Assembly: GCF_004010195.1 (NCBI RefSeq)
Contig: NC_057719.1
Span: 32,603,159 to 32,623,158 of the forward strand
From: Chiloscyllium plagiosum
Lineage: Eukaryota
Direction: 5' to 3'
DNA: 20,000 nt
In this document: positions 1-10,762 of the stretch, piece after piece
How positions within the stretch are numbered: the stretch's first letter is position 1
Layout: the number at the start of each line of letters is the position of its first letter
Made by a program: the position numbers and the translations under genes
Notes under the pieces: model-generated
Told to the model about the DNA's origin: nothing
What the model saw: only the letters and a program-made list of their open reading frames with translations
Database searches by the model: none

Positions 1-349
1 ACTCAGGACTCCAATCAGATGTCTGACCATCACCTGCCTTCAAATGTCTGCCATGACAGGTGTATCACACAAACACAAAAATTAGCCCTCTCTTCTACAG
101 GACAAATTGGTAAACAACAAAGGGAAGAAGAGCATAACTGATGAGTGACAATGATGTCTGTATCTCCTGAGCCCTTTGGAGGAGATGAATGATATTCACA
201 TCACTGTGCTCATCAAATGAAAGCAGTCCACTTCTTACTTCCCTACTTCCATGACTCATGATTTGGAGCAATTTATAATGAGGTTATTAAAGTTTAGGAA
301 GAAGGTTCATCTGGATGTAAATTTGCTCGCTGAGCTGGAAGGTTCATTT

Positions 350-389
350 TCAGACGTTTCATCACCATACTAGGTAATATCTTCAGTGA
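350..389 (-). ncRNA. Minimal type-I hammerhead ribozyme motif (second, inverted copy)
   Basis: Minus strand reads TCA-CTGAAGA-T-ATTAC-CTAGTATG-GTGAT-GAAA-CGTC-TGA. Confidence 0.6.
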
Positions 390-611
390 GCCCCCAGACG
401 AAGCATTGCTGATGATTCCTGCTTTCTATTTATATGTTTGGGTTTCTTTGGGTTGGCAATGTCATTTCCTGTGATGATGTCATTTCCTATGGTGATGGTG
501 TCATTTCACCATCGGAAATTACATCACCACCAGAAATGACATCGCCAATCCAAAGAAACCCAAACATATAAATAGAAAGCAGGAATCATCAGCAATGCTT
601 CGTCCGGAGGC

Positions 612-651
612 TCACTGAAGATGTTACTTAGTATGGTGATGAAACGTCTGA
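612..651 (+). ncRNA. Minimal type-I hammerhead ribozyme motif (PLE-type)
   Basis: TCA-CTGAAGA(615-621)-T-GTTAC-TTAGTATG-GTGAT-GAAA(641-644)-CGTC-TGA. Core is conserved, helix II has 5 bp including G-U pairs, helix I is TCA/TGA, and helix III is the palindrome ACGU with a GUC triplet. Confidence 0.65.
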
Positions 652-939
652 AAATGAACTTTTCAGCTCAGCGAGCAAACCTACATCCAGAACCTCAACC
701 TGAGCTGCAAATCTTCTCAAAACTCACTAAGAAGTTTCATCACTGGCAAATAAGTCAATGTGTTTCATCTTTTAAAATTCCTCCCTTTACTCAGAAAGAC
801 TTTCCTCTCAGTGGGAAACTTTTCAAATCCCATTCTCTCTGCTGAGTGACAACTGGATTCAGATCTAATGGAAAAACTCACATAGGAGTCAACAGTTTTA
901 TTAATGATTAAGATTTGTCTCTAATTTATATAATTTCAT

Positions 940-1322
940 TATACAGTCATACAGCACTGAAGAGGCTTTTCAGCCCATCAATTCTGCACTAACCTATCAA
1001 CACCAATCCCACGTTTCAGCATTTGACCCACAGCCTTGAATGTTATGACATTTCATATGCTCATTCACATAAAGACTTCCTGCTGTGACTACCTTTCCAA
1101 ATAGTGTATTACAGATTCCCACCTCCCCAGAGTGAATTTATTTCCTCAAATCTCCTCAAGTTCTTTTGCCTTTTACCTTAAAACTGTGCTCCATAATTAT
1201 TGATTAAATAATTAGGGACCAGCTAGTTTCTGTCCACCCTGCCCATGCCCCTCATAATGTTATGTATCTCAGTCAGGTTCTCTTTAGCTTTATCAACTCT
1301 AAAGGAAACAATCTGATCTTTA
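940..1322 (-). mobile_element. CR1 LINE, 3' terminal part (decayed)
   Basis: Begins with a CR1-type 3' tail in reverse (ACAGTCATACAGCAC...TTCAGCCC) that resembles the HE1 tail. Collinear with the CR1 ORF2 remnants beyond the SINE at 1323-1630. Confidence 0.7.
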
Positions 1323-1630
1323 TTAGATTAGATTCTCTACAGTGTGGAAACAGGCCCTTCGGCCCAACAAGTCCCTACCAACCCTCCGAACAGTAACCCA
1401 CCCAGTCCCATTTCCCTCTGATGAATGCACCTAACACTATGGGCAATTTCGCATTGCCAATTTACCTGACCTGCACATCTTTGGACTGTGGGAGGAAACC
1501 AGAGCACCCGGAGGAAAACCATGCAGGCACAGGGAGAATGCACAAACTCCACACAGGCAGTCGCCCCGAGGCTGGAATCTAACCTGGGACACTGGCACTG
1601 TGAGGCAGCAGTGCTAACCACTGAGCCACT
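1323..1630 (-). mobile_element. HE1 (V-SINE family) tRNA-derived SINE inserted into the CR1 LINE
   Basis: Minus strand has a tRNA-like head (GTGGCTCAGTGGTTAGCACTGCTGCCTCACAG), the V-domain (TGTGTGGAGTTTGTGCATTCTCCC...GGTTTCCTCCCACAGTCC) and an (AATCT)n tail. Confidence 0.92.
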
Positions 1631-3305
1631 GAACTCCTTTACTGAGTTATCGAGTTTCCCTTTATAATTGAAATGCTCCATTTACAGTAACATCCTGGTG
1701 AATCTCCTCTGCACCCCATCTAGTGCAATTTTGTCCTTCCTATAGTGTAGTGACTAGAACTGCATGCAGTAATCCAGCTATCGTGTAGTCAAAGTTTTAT
1801 ACATCTCCAACATTATCATCCTGTTCTTATAATCTATGCCAAGACTGGTAAACATAAATGTGCTGTATGTCTTCTTAAACATCCTCTTAAATTGTCCAGT
1901 TGCTTTCAGGGAAATGTGGACAAGCCCCCCAAGATCTGTCTTCCTCTGCGCTTCCAGTATCCTCCCATTTATTGTCTTGTTATTTCTTCCAAAGTACATC
2001 ACCTCGCACTATTCCATCTTTCACCGATTTGCTCATCTGACCAATGCAATTATATCCTCCTATAAACTAGGACCTTGTTTTTTTACTATTAAACAACCGT
2101 GCAATCTTCATGTCATCCAGAACCCTACTTATCATCCCCCCTCCTCAACATTCTCATCTGTACCATGAACAATCAGGGACCGACACTGGACACTGGTCTC
2201 CAATCACACAAACAACTTTTCACCAGCACATTCTGTTTCCTAGCACTAAACCAATTTTGGATCCATCTTGTGAAGTTACGCTGGATCCCATATGTTTTAC
2301 CTTCTTTATCAGTCTCCCATGTGGGGCCTTGTGAAAACTTTTGCTGAAATCCACATAAACTATGTCAACAGCACTACCCTCATCTGCACGCTCATCACCT
2401 CATCAAAAACTTAAATCAAATGTGTAAGGCATGACCTTCCTCTGACACAGCCATGTTGCCTATCCCTGATCAAATCTTGCCCCCTCAAATGGAGATTAAT
2501 TCTTTCCTTCAGACCTTTTCTAATACTTTGCCAACTACTAATGTAAGACTCACTGGTCTCTCATTCCTTGGTTTCTCTCCACTTTCTTGAAAAGTGGAAT
2601 CACATTTGCCATCCTCCAGTCCTCTGGTACTTCTCCTGTGTCTAGAGAGGAATTAGAAAATTATGACAGAGTCCCTGTAATTTTCTGCCTTGATTTCTAC
2701 AGTAGCCTGGGATACAACCCATCCAGACCTGGGAATTTGTTGACTTTTAAGCCCACAAAAATCTCCTCACTCCCTAAGCCAATCTGTTCAAGAACATCAC
2801 ATCCAAAGCCTCAAATTCTGTATGTGTATCTTCTTTCTCTCGAGTGAAGATGGGAGTCAAGTACTCATTTAAGGCTCTACCTCCAGCTCCACACTCAGGT
2901 TGTCCTTAATAAGCCATACTGTTTCCCTGGTTATCCTCTTGCCCTTGATATACTTATAGAATATCCTTGGATTCGCCCCAATTTTACCCACCAGTGTTTT
3001 CTTATACTGTCGTGTTGCTGTCCTGATTGCTTTCTTAAGATCCTCCCTATACTCCACTATACTTTTAATTACCTCCTTTTAAACTTGCCTTTAAACCTTC
3101 TTATCCAGTCCTGAATATTTCTGAGGTTTTCTGGGTTTGTTGCTCTGACATTTCTCCCTAAAGAGTGAATGTTGGGCCTGTACTCTCACCAATTCCATTT
3201 GGAACCACCCCCAACTGTTCTGCTGTCGATCTTCCCCCAAATTACTGTTCCCAGTTGACTTTGGCCAAATCCTGCCTCATTTTAGTAAAAGATTACCTCT
3301 TTCCC
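1631..3305 (-). mobile_element. CR1 LINE ORF2 (reverse transcriptase) remnant, frameshifted and 5'-truncated
   Basis: Minus-strand peptides match CR1 ORF2 in the expected order: NPRIFYKYIKGKRITRE, KFPGLDGLYPRLL, AVDIVYVDFSK..HKAPHGRL, DLGGLVHISLK...GIDYKNRMIMLEMYKTL. Confidence 0.9.
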
Positions 3306-3390
3306 TAGTGCAAAATCCTTTTTTACACATGCTTTATCCACAAGGCTATGTTTTGATTACATCACACAGAATTACAACTTTAAAGGGCAA

Positions 3391-3630
3391 TCAGGCGACT
3401 GTGTGGAGTTTCCACATTCTCCCCGTGTCTGTGTGGGTTTCCTCCGGGTGGCTCCGGTTTCCTCCCACAGTCCAAAAATGTGCAGGTTAGGTGAATTGGC
3501 CACGCTAAATTGCCCGTAGTGTTAGGTGAAGGGGTAAATGTAGGGGAATGGGTCTGGGTGGGTTGCGCTTCGGCGGGTCGGTGTGGACTTGTTGGGCTGA
3601 AGGGCCTGTTTCCACACTGTAACTAATCTA
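3391..3630 (+). mobile_element. HE1 V-SINE, 5'-truncated
   Basis: Starts at TCAGGCGACTGTGTGGAG with no tRNA head. Full V-domain present. Ends GGGCCTGTTTCCACACTGTAACTAATCTA. Confidence 0.92.
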
Positions 3631-5001
3631 CATCTTAATTCAATAATTGTTGTCAGCAATCTGAGCAACAATGTACATTTGAGAGATATAGGTTAGGGTT
3701 GGGCAAAATACAGTAAAACACCAAACCTGTGGATTTGTCTTTTTTGAGTAAATGACAAAGTAAAGTTTTTTCAGTGAGAGAGGTACATATATTGAGAATA
3801 ATTTCAGCTTCTATAATTGTTTTTTTTTATTAAAACATGTATGGCTCTTCAGCCTAATTTTACTCAGCCCAGTGATTAGGCACTTCACTGGCTCACTTTA
3901 ATAGCTGTGTCGTGGAGCAATAAGGCATTTGACATAAAACAATATGTTTAAACATCGCTTCATCAGATTGTTTCAGAAATCTTTTCATTTTGTGTTTTTA
4001 CTGACAATGACTGTGGAAAGGCACCCAGAGAAAAGGCAAATCGTAACACACAGTTCAAGATACAAATTCTTTTGCTAATTTTTTTACGGTAAAGTTTTTT
4101 TTCATAGAGCTAGTGCGCAGTATTCTATTTGGTGAATTAAAACTCAGGAATACCACTTTATACCAATGAATACAATTGTCCTAAAATACTTTATGAAGAA
4201 AATGGGAAAATTAGAAAACATTTGTTTACATTGCCATAGCAATTTAGTTTCAATGACTACAATTTGTTACAGCCATCTTTTGAAAGAGAGTCTTTTGGCT
4301 GCAGTGCGCATTGAGCATTCAGTAGTGTGAAAACTTTTCTGTTCACAGATATTGCAAGATGTTCATATCAATGGCTATTTAATGGATTTATAATCAGTGT
4401 TCTCACAGCTTACATAAGCATTATCCTTTGCTTGTTCTGATACGTACTTAAACATTAAATGTGCGTTTCTGAATAACTAGTTTACTTTTGACAATTTAAA
4501 GCAAGTTATGATTATTTTTCCCTCTAGCAGATCTTTTAAGAATTCCGTTCTGACACAAACTAATTGGGATAAAACATTAGCCATTTGCTTCATTACAGGC
4601 ACTCCTTGAATTGCTGAGTATTCCCAGCAAAATCTCTTCTTTTTGTTACATATTATTCAAAATGTGTGCCTTACAAGATGAAGGTTATCATGAGCAAATG
4701 ATTGTCAGTAAAACGTGTGTGTAATCTCAGATACAGTTAAGCATGATTAAATGCTGATAATTAGGCTAAGAAGCAAAGCAAAAAAAAATTGTGGATCTGA
4801 AATTGCCAACAATTTCAATAAACAAAATGGTTAAGCAAAAATGAACTGGGCTTCAGGGAGTCATGGTCAGAACACAGCCTTGTCGAGTACAGAAGTCCTC
4901 TTTTTGTTCCCACAGGCTCTGGTAAATATTGTATTTTGTAAAACCTTGGGCTGAATTTTCCAAATCAAGGCCACTTTGGTCCATTTCTCTTTCCTGTCCC
5001 A

Positions 5002-5390
5002 GTGGGCGGCATGGTGGCACAGTGTGGGCGGCATGGTGGCACAGTGTGGGCGGCATGGTGGCACAGTGGTTAGCGCTGCTGCCTCACAGCGCTAGAGACC
5101 CGGGTTCAATTCCCGCCTCAGGCGACTGTGTGGAGTTTGCACGTTCTCCCCGTGTCTGCGTGGGTTTCCTCCGGGTGCTCCGGTTTCCTCCCACAGTCCA
5201 AAGATGTGCAGGTCAGGTGAAGTGGCCATGCTAAATTGCCCGTAGTGTTAGGTAAGGGGTAAATGTAGGGGTATGGGTGGGTTGCGCTTTGGTGGGGCGG
5301 TGTGGGCTTGTTGGGCCGAAGGGCCTGTTTCCATACTGTAAGTAATCTAATCTAATCTAATCTAATCTAATCTAATCTAATCTAATCTAA
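5002..5390 (+). mobile_element. Full-length HE1 V-SINE with triplicated 5' head
   Basis: A-box TGGCACAGTGG, B-box-like GGTTCAATTCC, V-domain and (TAATC)n tail. The first 22 bp occur three times in tandem. Confidence 0.95.
5343..5390 (+). repeat. (TAATC)n microsatellite tail of HE1
   Basis: About 9.6 perfect TAATC units. Confidence 0.95.
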
Positions 5391-5597
5391 ACTCAGCATG
5401 TCTGCAATTAAATGCAGGTCTGTCCAATGATGCTGACATTCTAAGAATTAATTGTTTAAAAACTAGGTGACGGTTTTGGGTGAAAGACAAGCAAGAGGAG
5501 TAGGTTGGGTGTGTGGTTAGCTGGGTGAGAGACAGATAGTTGGTAAGTAGGCCAGGGGTAGAGTCATGGGATGGGTTAGGGGGATGCAGGGAGGTGG

Positions 5598-5798
5598 CAT
5601 TTCCGACGCCCCTCCCCCAAGTCCCTCCTCCCTTCCTTTTATCTTAGCCTGCTGGACAAACTTTCCTCATTCCTGAAGAAGGGCTTATGCCCGAAACGTC
5701 GATTCTCCTGTGCCCTGGATGCTGCCTGACCTGCTGCGCTTTTCCAGCAACACATTTTCAGCTCTGATCTCCAGCATCTGCAGACCTCAATTTCTCCT
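5598..5798 (+). mobile_element. Penelope-like element 3'/pLTR remnant (family A)
   Basis: CCTGAAGAAGGGCTTATGCCCGAAACGTCGATTCTCCTG...GATGCTGCCTGACCTGCTGCGCTTTTCCAGCAACACATTTTCAGCTCTGATCTCCAGCATCTGCAG. Near-identical sequence occurs at 16764-16935 and a diverged copy at 19471-19594. Confidence 0.75.
5669..5704 (+). ncRNA. Minimal type-I hammerhead ribozyme motif (PLE family A)
   Basis: CTGAAGA(5673-5679)-A-GGGC-TTAT-GCCC-GAAA(5693-5696)-CGTC. Perfect 4-bp G-C helix II and a weak helix I (ATTC/GATT). Confidence 0.65.
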
Positions 5799-6792
5799 AC
5801 TCCCATCCAACACTAGCATCTCCACATCACGCCTCAAGAATGTTCAACTTACCATCTTACCAAACAAGCTGACATCAAGAAATCTCAAAATGGAAATCAG
5901 AATAGATACCTGGTAGCAGCTGGTTGCTTCATAGAACTTGCTCCAAAGGACCTCCATGTTAGATACCAGGCACCAGCATCTCAGGACATCACCCATGGGC
6001 ATGTCACACATACCCATGTCTATAGACCTTGGCATTTGATATGTGTCACCCTCTAAGAATCCTCATGACAGATCTCTGATCTACATACAGGATACTTCTG
6101 CACTTCAATACTGTGCCTTAGACTACACCAACAACTAGCATTGTAATGCTGCAGCAAGGATAGGCAACAACACCCAGCTCATGAACTGGACCAGGTGACA
6201 CCTCTGGGTTCTTTGCTCACTGTCATGGAGCTTACTCACTCTGAGCGGGCCTACATGCTTACAGCATCCCTGCCTTGCGTTGCTTTGTCAATTTTTTAAT
6301 GCTTTGCTCTCTCATCCAGTGCTACCAGGCTCATACCATTTTTGGACTTATCATGCCTTTCCTTGGAGATACAAAACCCTAGAAACTTGTCATGTATGTT
6401 AGCAAACCTCAGTTAATTTAAGGGAGACAGTCTTTCCTCAGGGGATCCCAACTCCGTAAGTTAGGGGCAGCCTCTGCTACCAGCCCTGGGCCTGGCATAT
6501 GGTTAGTCAGCTGTTCAGACAGGCCACAGTCAGGATACTAACATAAAGAGCTGAATGACAGGCAGCCCACAATGTGACTCTTTCTGTGCTATTATGGGTT
6601 GTTTTCCTCCTGGAATGAGAGAAGGACAGGTATTAAAGGAGATGCAAGTGCACTGTACAGATGTTATTTTTGATGCAAATGGGGATGAGTTCCAAATGAG
6701 TGAGTTAGGAAGCGCTGAGGGCATGGTAAGTTGTCAAGGTTGGGATGGGTGAGCGTGAGTGGGGAAGATGTTGCTGGCAATAGCAAGGGTTA

Positions 6793-7332
6793 TGATGTAG
6801 AGGTGCCAATGTTGGACTAGGTGGATAAGGTTCCAAGTTACGAAACACCAGTCCAACAGGCTTATTTGAAACCATAAGCTTTCGGAGCACTGCTCCTTCA
6901 TCAGGTGGAGTGAAAAGAAGCATTAAGGCACATAATATATAGGCAGAATGCACAAACGGTGAGAGTGGAGTGTCGACAAGCTGATTAATAAATATCTGCA
7001 GGTGCTCAAAAGTGTCAGACAGTGGGTAAAGTGTCAATAGTAAAGTAAGTGAAGGGGATGACCTATAATCCAATTAATTGAGATAGAGAGATAATTACAA
7101 AAAAAATTAAAAATAATGTGGTGCTGGAAACAAACCAAATGGCTAGTAGAAGAGTTGCATGCCGTGGGTCTAACCAAAGTTACAAGTAGTCTAAAACTGT
7201 ACAAACTAATTAAGGTACAGAGATCATAACAAGTTATCAAGATGATGGTGTCAAAACAGGACAGTAAGGAAGATTTTCCAGATACAGAACAGTATGATGG
7301 AGTTACATGTAGTGCGACATGAACCCAAGATG
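6793..7332 (-). mobile_element. Penelope-like element 3' portion (family B): end of ORF plus pLTR
   Basis: Minus strand 7329-7303 encodes LGFMSHYM*, resembling the recalled C-terminus (GLNRDLGFMSHY) of vertebrate PLE GIY-YIG ORFs. A 3' region with a hammerhead core follows. Confidence 0.78.
6872..6908 (-). ncRNA. Minimal type-I hammerhead ribozyme motif (PLE family B)
   Basis: Minus strand: CCAC-CTGATGA-A-GGAGC-AGT-GCTCC-GAAA-GCTT-ATGG. Canonical CUGAUGA, perfect 5-bp helix II, palindromic AGCU helix III, and one mismatch in helix I. Confidence 0.65.
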
Positions 7333-7419
7333 ATGAGTCTGACTACAGAAAGGAGATAGAGGGCTTGGTGATGTGGTGCAATGAGAACAACCTCTCTCTC
7401 AACATCGGCAAAATTAAAG
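7329..7419 (+). mobile_element. Rex1/Rex-Babar-like LINE reverse-transcriptase fragment
   Basis: Encodes DDESDYRKEIEGLVMWCNENNLSLNIGKIK, resembling the Rex1-type motif (DE..YR.E...LV.WC..NNL.LN..KTK) that follows the catalytic DD. Confidence 0.8.
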
Positions 7420-9792
7420 TACAAGTGATGGGTGCGGTAGCAGAGATAGAGTAGGTGGGAGGTATTGGAGAACAGTTGGTAGCACTTATCATGGCAGAGT
7501 GTAAGACTTTGACCTTCCTCCTACAGTATTGGCCATTCCCCAGATGGCTGAAACTGCATTGATCCTTTTTGTAATATCAAGCCAGACTGACGTGGTCTGG
7601 GTTCACAGCCTCCACTGCTGGTCCTGGGGGAAGAGGAAGTCCAGCATGTATATTGTGTAAAGACTGTATCTTTTTATGTTTTTCTGTTTCTTTGATTGTG
7701 GACTAAAATGGGAGAAAGGATTGTTTTACTGACCAATCTGTGTGCAAAAGATTCCTCCACTTTTTATAGGCAAGTTATCTGCACTTATTGTAAATATTGT
7801 ATGCTGTTACTTGTTTAATCAGTGGGGGAGGTTTCGTTGAACTGGCTTCAGGAGTGTGTCCACAATAAGATTTGTTTTGGGAACAAGGAGTGGAGCGGTG
7901 ATCAGTTGTCAATGACAAAAACCTCAGCCCTGCCAACAACTACAGGATTGAATCCTAAATAGCTGAATAGTTTGTGGGTAAGAATAGTATAGCCAGAAGC
8001 CTTTAGCCCTCTGAAATGGATGGTGCTACCTCTCTCTGTAGTGAAAAATATGCCTGAGGTCTGAAGAGAGCCAATTTATTTTCCCTCATCAGTTGCTGTA
8101 AGCTGTGTCGATTAACCAGTAGCTAAGAGATTTTGCAATTTGTGAGCTAGTCATCCTGTGCCTTCTGAAAGAAAGTGAAAAGTACATGGAGGAGAGCAAA
8201 GCAGGCCAACATCTTCCCCCTGCATGCCATATCTTGGTTAAATATCAGACACCGTGTTTGGCAGATTCATATTAACCCTGTCTGTCTGTGCTCACAGAGG
8301 ACTTTGGCACGGATGGGAGATCTCCTTGTCTTTTGGCAGATACCCATTAAGTGGTGAGTTGTTCTGGGAACAGCACGTGGTAAGATGAAACTTTAATTTG
8401 ACAAGTGGGACAGCTTAGGAGAAGTGTAAACTTCCCAGACAATTCCCGGGTAGTTGCTGCATAGTACTTTGGAAAAGTCCCAAAAAGCATCTTTTGTACA
8501 TTGTTTCGACGACTAGCTTCCAAATGGAAGATCTTGGCCCAAATTGTACAAGAGAAGAACTTGCATTTGTTACGGTCATTGAGCATCACGCAGAAACATG
8601 CTTTGCATGTTTAGCAGAGTAAGGTAGAAACTACTGTTTAAAGAATAACCGACAGTGATCACAATGCGATTCATTATTTAATTTTATCTCTATCTAATGA
8701 CCACATAATCACCTTTCAGTCCTACTGGTCAATTCAATTACAGCTTAATGTAGTTATATATTAAAGTCTATGCTCAAACTGGCAAGCGGTTAACTTATAT
8801 AACAGTCACTTTGAGACTCTGAAATGATCCAGTTTTTCTTTAATTATCCACATGCAAATTTGGTTTAAGTAATAATTGCTTATCCAATTGAATTAAACAC
8901 AAATGAGGATCACTTCCAATTATAAATTGAAATTATGAAACTTTTTAAAGAGGGTGCTGAAAAAGTCAAGCAGCGCAATGATTGAAGTAACTGTCTCATA
9001 AAGGCTTGTATATATCTGGAGCCCTAAAGCCGAATTGATCTGGAGAGAAGAAGTGAAATTCGCTCATACTGATACCTGGAATATGCTGACCCTCTTGATC
9101 CAGTGCATATTTCTTATCAAGACAGGTCTTAATCTGACTTATCCATTTTGACTTAGATACTTAAGGTGACTGTGGAGAACAGGGCATCACTTTCAATGTT
9201 GCAAAGGACAAAATGAGTAGCTATTGTGTAGCGTTTGGGGAACCTTCTCCAAAAGATAATAGGTAACTTCTGGTATTGTTGTTGCAATTTCCAGTGGCTG
9301 GCCTTTGATTCAAAACACCATTAAATGGAGATTTATAGAACTGTTGGAGAAGTTTGAAATGACTTGTACAAAAAGTCCTGTAAAGGGGTATCGCTGGCAT
9401 TGCTTCTGACCTCCAGCATGTTCTTAGTGTTTTTTTACTTCATTGTCTAAAAATAAAAGTCTTTCTGAATTATTTTAACATGGATACAATCGCTGATGTG
9501 ATGGAATTTCTGGACAATATCTATAGTTGAGACAGAACAGTTCTTTTTCGACTATGCATGCCTAATGTGTGGGGTGTCAGGAAGTAAGTTGCAGAAACAA
9601 TTCACAAGATGAAATTGAAAATCCAAGCACTCATTGATAATAGAACACAGTGGGATCAAATACGAAGCAACCAATGCAATGTGAACTTTTGATCCATCTG
9701 TCTGATCTTTTCTGAAACAGTGAGGCAAAATTAGGTTTAATGGTTTGAATAATTATCTGATGCTTAGATTAAGAGCGGAACCTGGACTGTAT

Positions 9793-10305
9793 GCCCGGAG
9801 CGGTGTCGGCCGTGGGCCCGGAGCGGTGTCGGCTGTGGGCCCGGGGTGGTGTCGGCTGTGGGCCCGGGGTGGTGTTGGCTGTGGGCCCGGAGCGGTGGTG
9901 GCCGTGGGCCCGGAGCGGTGGTGGCCGTGGGCCCAGAGCGGTGTCGGCTGTGGGCCCGGAGCGGTGTCGGCTGTGGGCCTGGGGTGGTGTTGGCTGTGGG
10001 CCCAGAGTGGTGGTGGCTGTGGGCCCAGAGCGGTATCGGCCGTGGCCCAGGGCTGTGGTGGCCGTGGGCCCAGGGCGGTATTGGCTGTGGGCCATGAGTG
10101 GTTGTGGCCCTGGGCCCAGGGCAGTATCGGCTTTGGGCCCGGAGTGGTTGTGGCCCTGGGCCCAGGGCAGTATCGGCTGTGGGCCCGGAGTGGTTGTGGC
10201 CCTGGGCCCAGGGCAGTATCAGCTGTGGGCCCGGAGTGGTTGTGGCCGTGGGCCCTGGGCAGTGGTGGACGTGGGCCCGGAGCAGAGTGTTGGCTGTGGG
10301 TCCAG
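9793..10305. repeat. GC-rich minisatellite, 23-bp unit (GCCCGGAGCGGTGTCGGCTGTGG), about 22 copies
   Basis: 23-bp period seen directly (9793, 9816, ...). The distal part forms 46-bp dimers at 10095, 10141, 10187 and 10233. It accounts for all overlapping ORFs at 9745-10485. Confidence 0.95.
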
Positions 10306-10762
10306 TGCATAGAAGCAGCTGTGGTCCTGTGCTCAAGATGTTTAGGGCGAGCCCGAAGTGTTGGTGAGGGAAGTCCCCCGACGTCTGAAAAGTCAACAGC
10401 AGAAAGCCTGAGGTTTTCCCAGAGAGCAGGTCAAAGCGGAGGAAACCATTCCCTGCCAGGAAGTGCAGTTAATAAAGACTGTTGAACTTTGAACTTTATT
10501 CCTTTATTTTTCCATTTAATACTAGGAAGAACTCTCATGTTAACTTTTCACTTTATTTCTTTATTTTTCTACTTATACTGATGCATTACTTTTAACTTTA
10601 CTTCTCTATGTTACTGCTTGTACCTACATTTTGTACCTAGCTATTTTCGTACTCAAGGTGGCAGTATATGTGTGGCGTTATTGTACGCTTTTCAATGTAT
10701 TCCTGTACTTCTGTACTTGAGTACATGAGACAACAAAGTTTAAATAAATCAAACTAAATTAA
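10306..10762 (+). mobile_element. Probable non-autonomous retroposon body and 3' tail (Rex1/L2-type tail), likely one element with the upstream VNTR
   Basis: Ends in GCTTTTCAATGTATTCCTGTACTT...GAGTACATGAGACAACAAAG plus an A-rich tail, similar to the recalled CTTTTCACTGTA...GTACATGTGACAATAAA LINE 3' end. Confidence 0.5.

Larger units (their letters stand above)
310..730. mobile_element. Penelope-like element pseudo-LTR remnant as an inverted (fold-back) pair
   Basis: 310-495 is an imperfect reverse complement of 506-691 (186-bp arms, 10-nt spacer). Each arm has CTGAAGA...GAAACGTC, typical of PLE pLTRs. The + copy continues unpaired to about 730. Confidence 0.75.

Noticed and set aside
1337..1681. 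ORFs containing CVEF..SP...LRFPPTVQRCAG (also 3308, 4929, 11656, 15965)
   Set aside because: Incidental translations of HE1 SINE sequence on either strand.
5048..5120. tRNA gene (also near 11597 and 1560-1630)
   Set aside because: These are the tRNA-derived heads of HE1 SINEs and run directly into the V-domain.
5465..5597. G-rich tract, possible G-quadruplex
   Set aside because: Irregular G-runs, probably a decayed repeat, with no supporting context.
5710..5916. Recurrent peptide PWMLPDLLRFSSNTFSALISSIC (also 16664-16927)
   Set aside because: Translation of the non-coding PLE family-A tail; it recurs because the DNA is repeated.
8594..8612. 8-bp hairpin AAACATGC-TTT-GCATGTTT
   Set aside because: Short enough to occur by chance in 20 kb.
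9166..9262. Open AG...GT segment (DCGEQGITFNVAKDKMSSYCVAFGEPSPKDN)
   Set aside because: Weak pyrimidine tract, unrecognised peptide and no partner exons.
9793..10305. CRISPR-like array
   Set aside because: Units are contiguous with no unique spacers, the context is eukaryotic, and there are no cas genes.
9745..10485. 246-aa ORF and six overlapping ORFs
   Set aside because: Stop-free reading of the 23-bp GC-rich minisatellite in nearly all frames, with no evidence of real coding.
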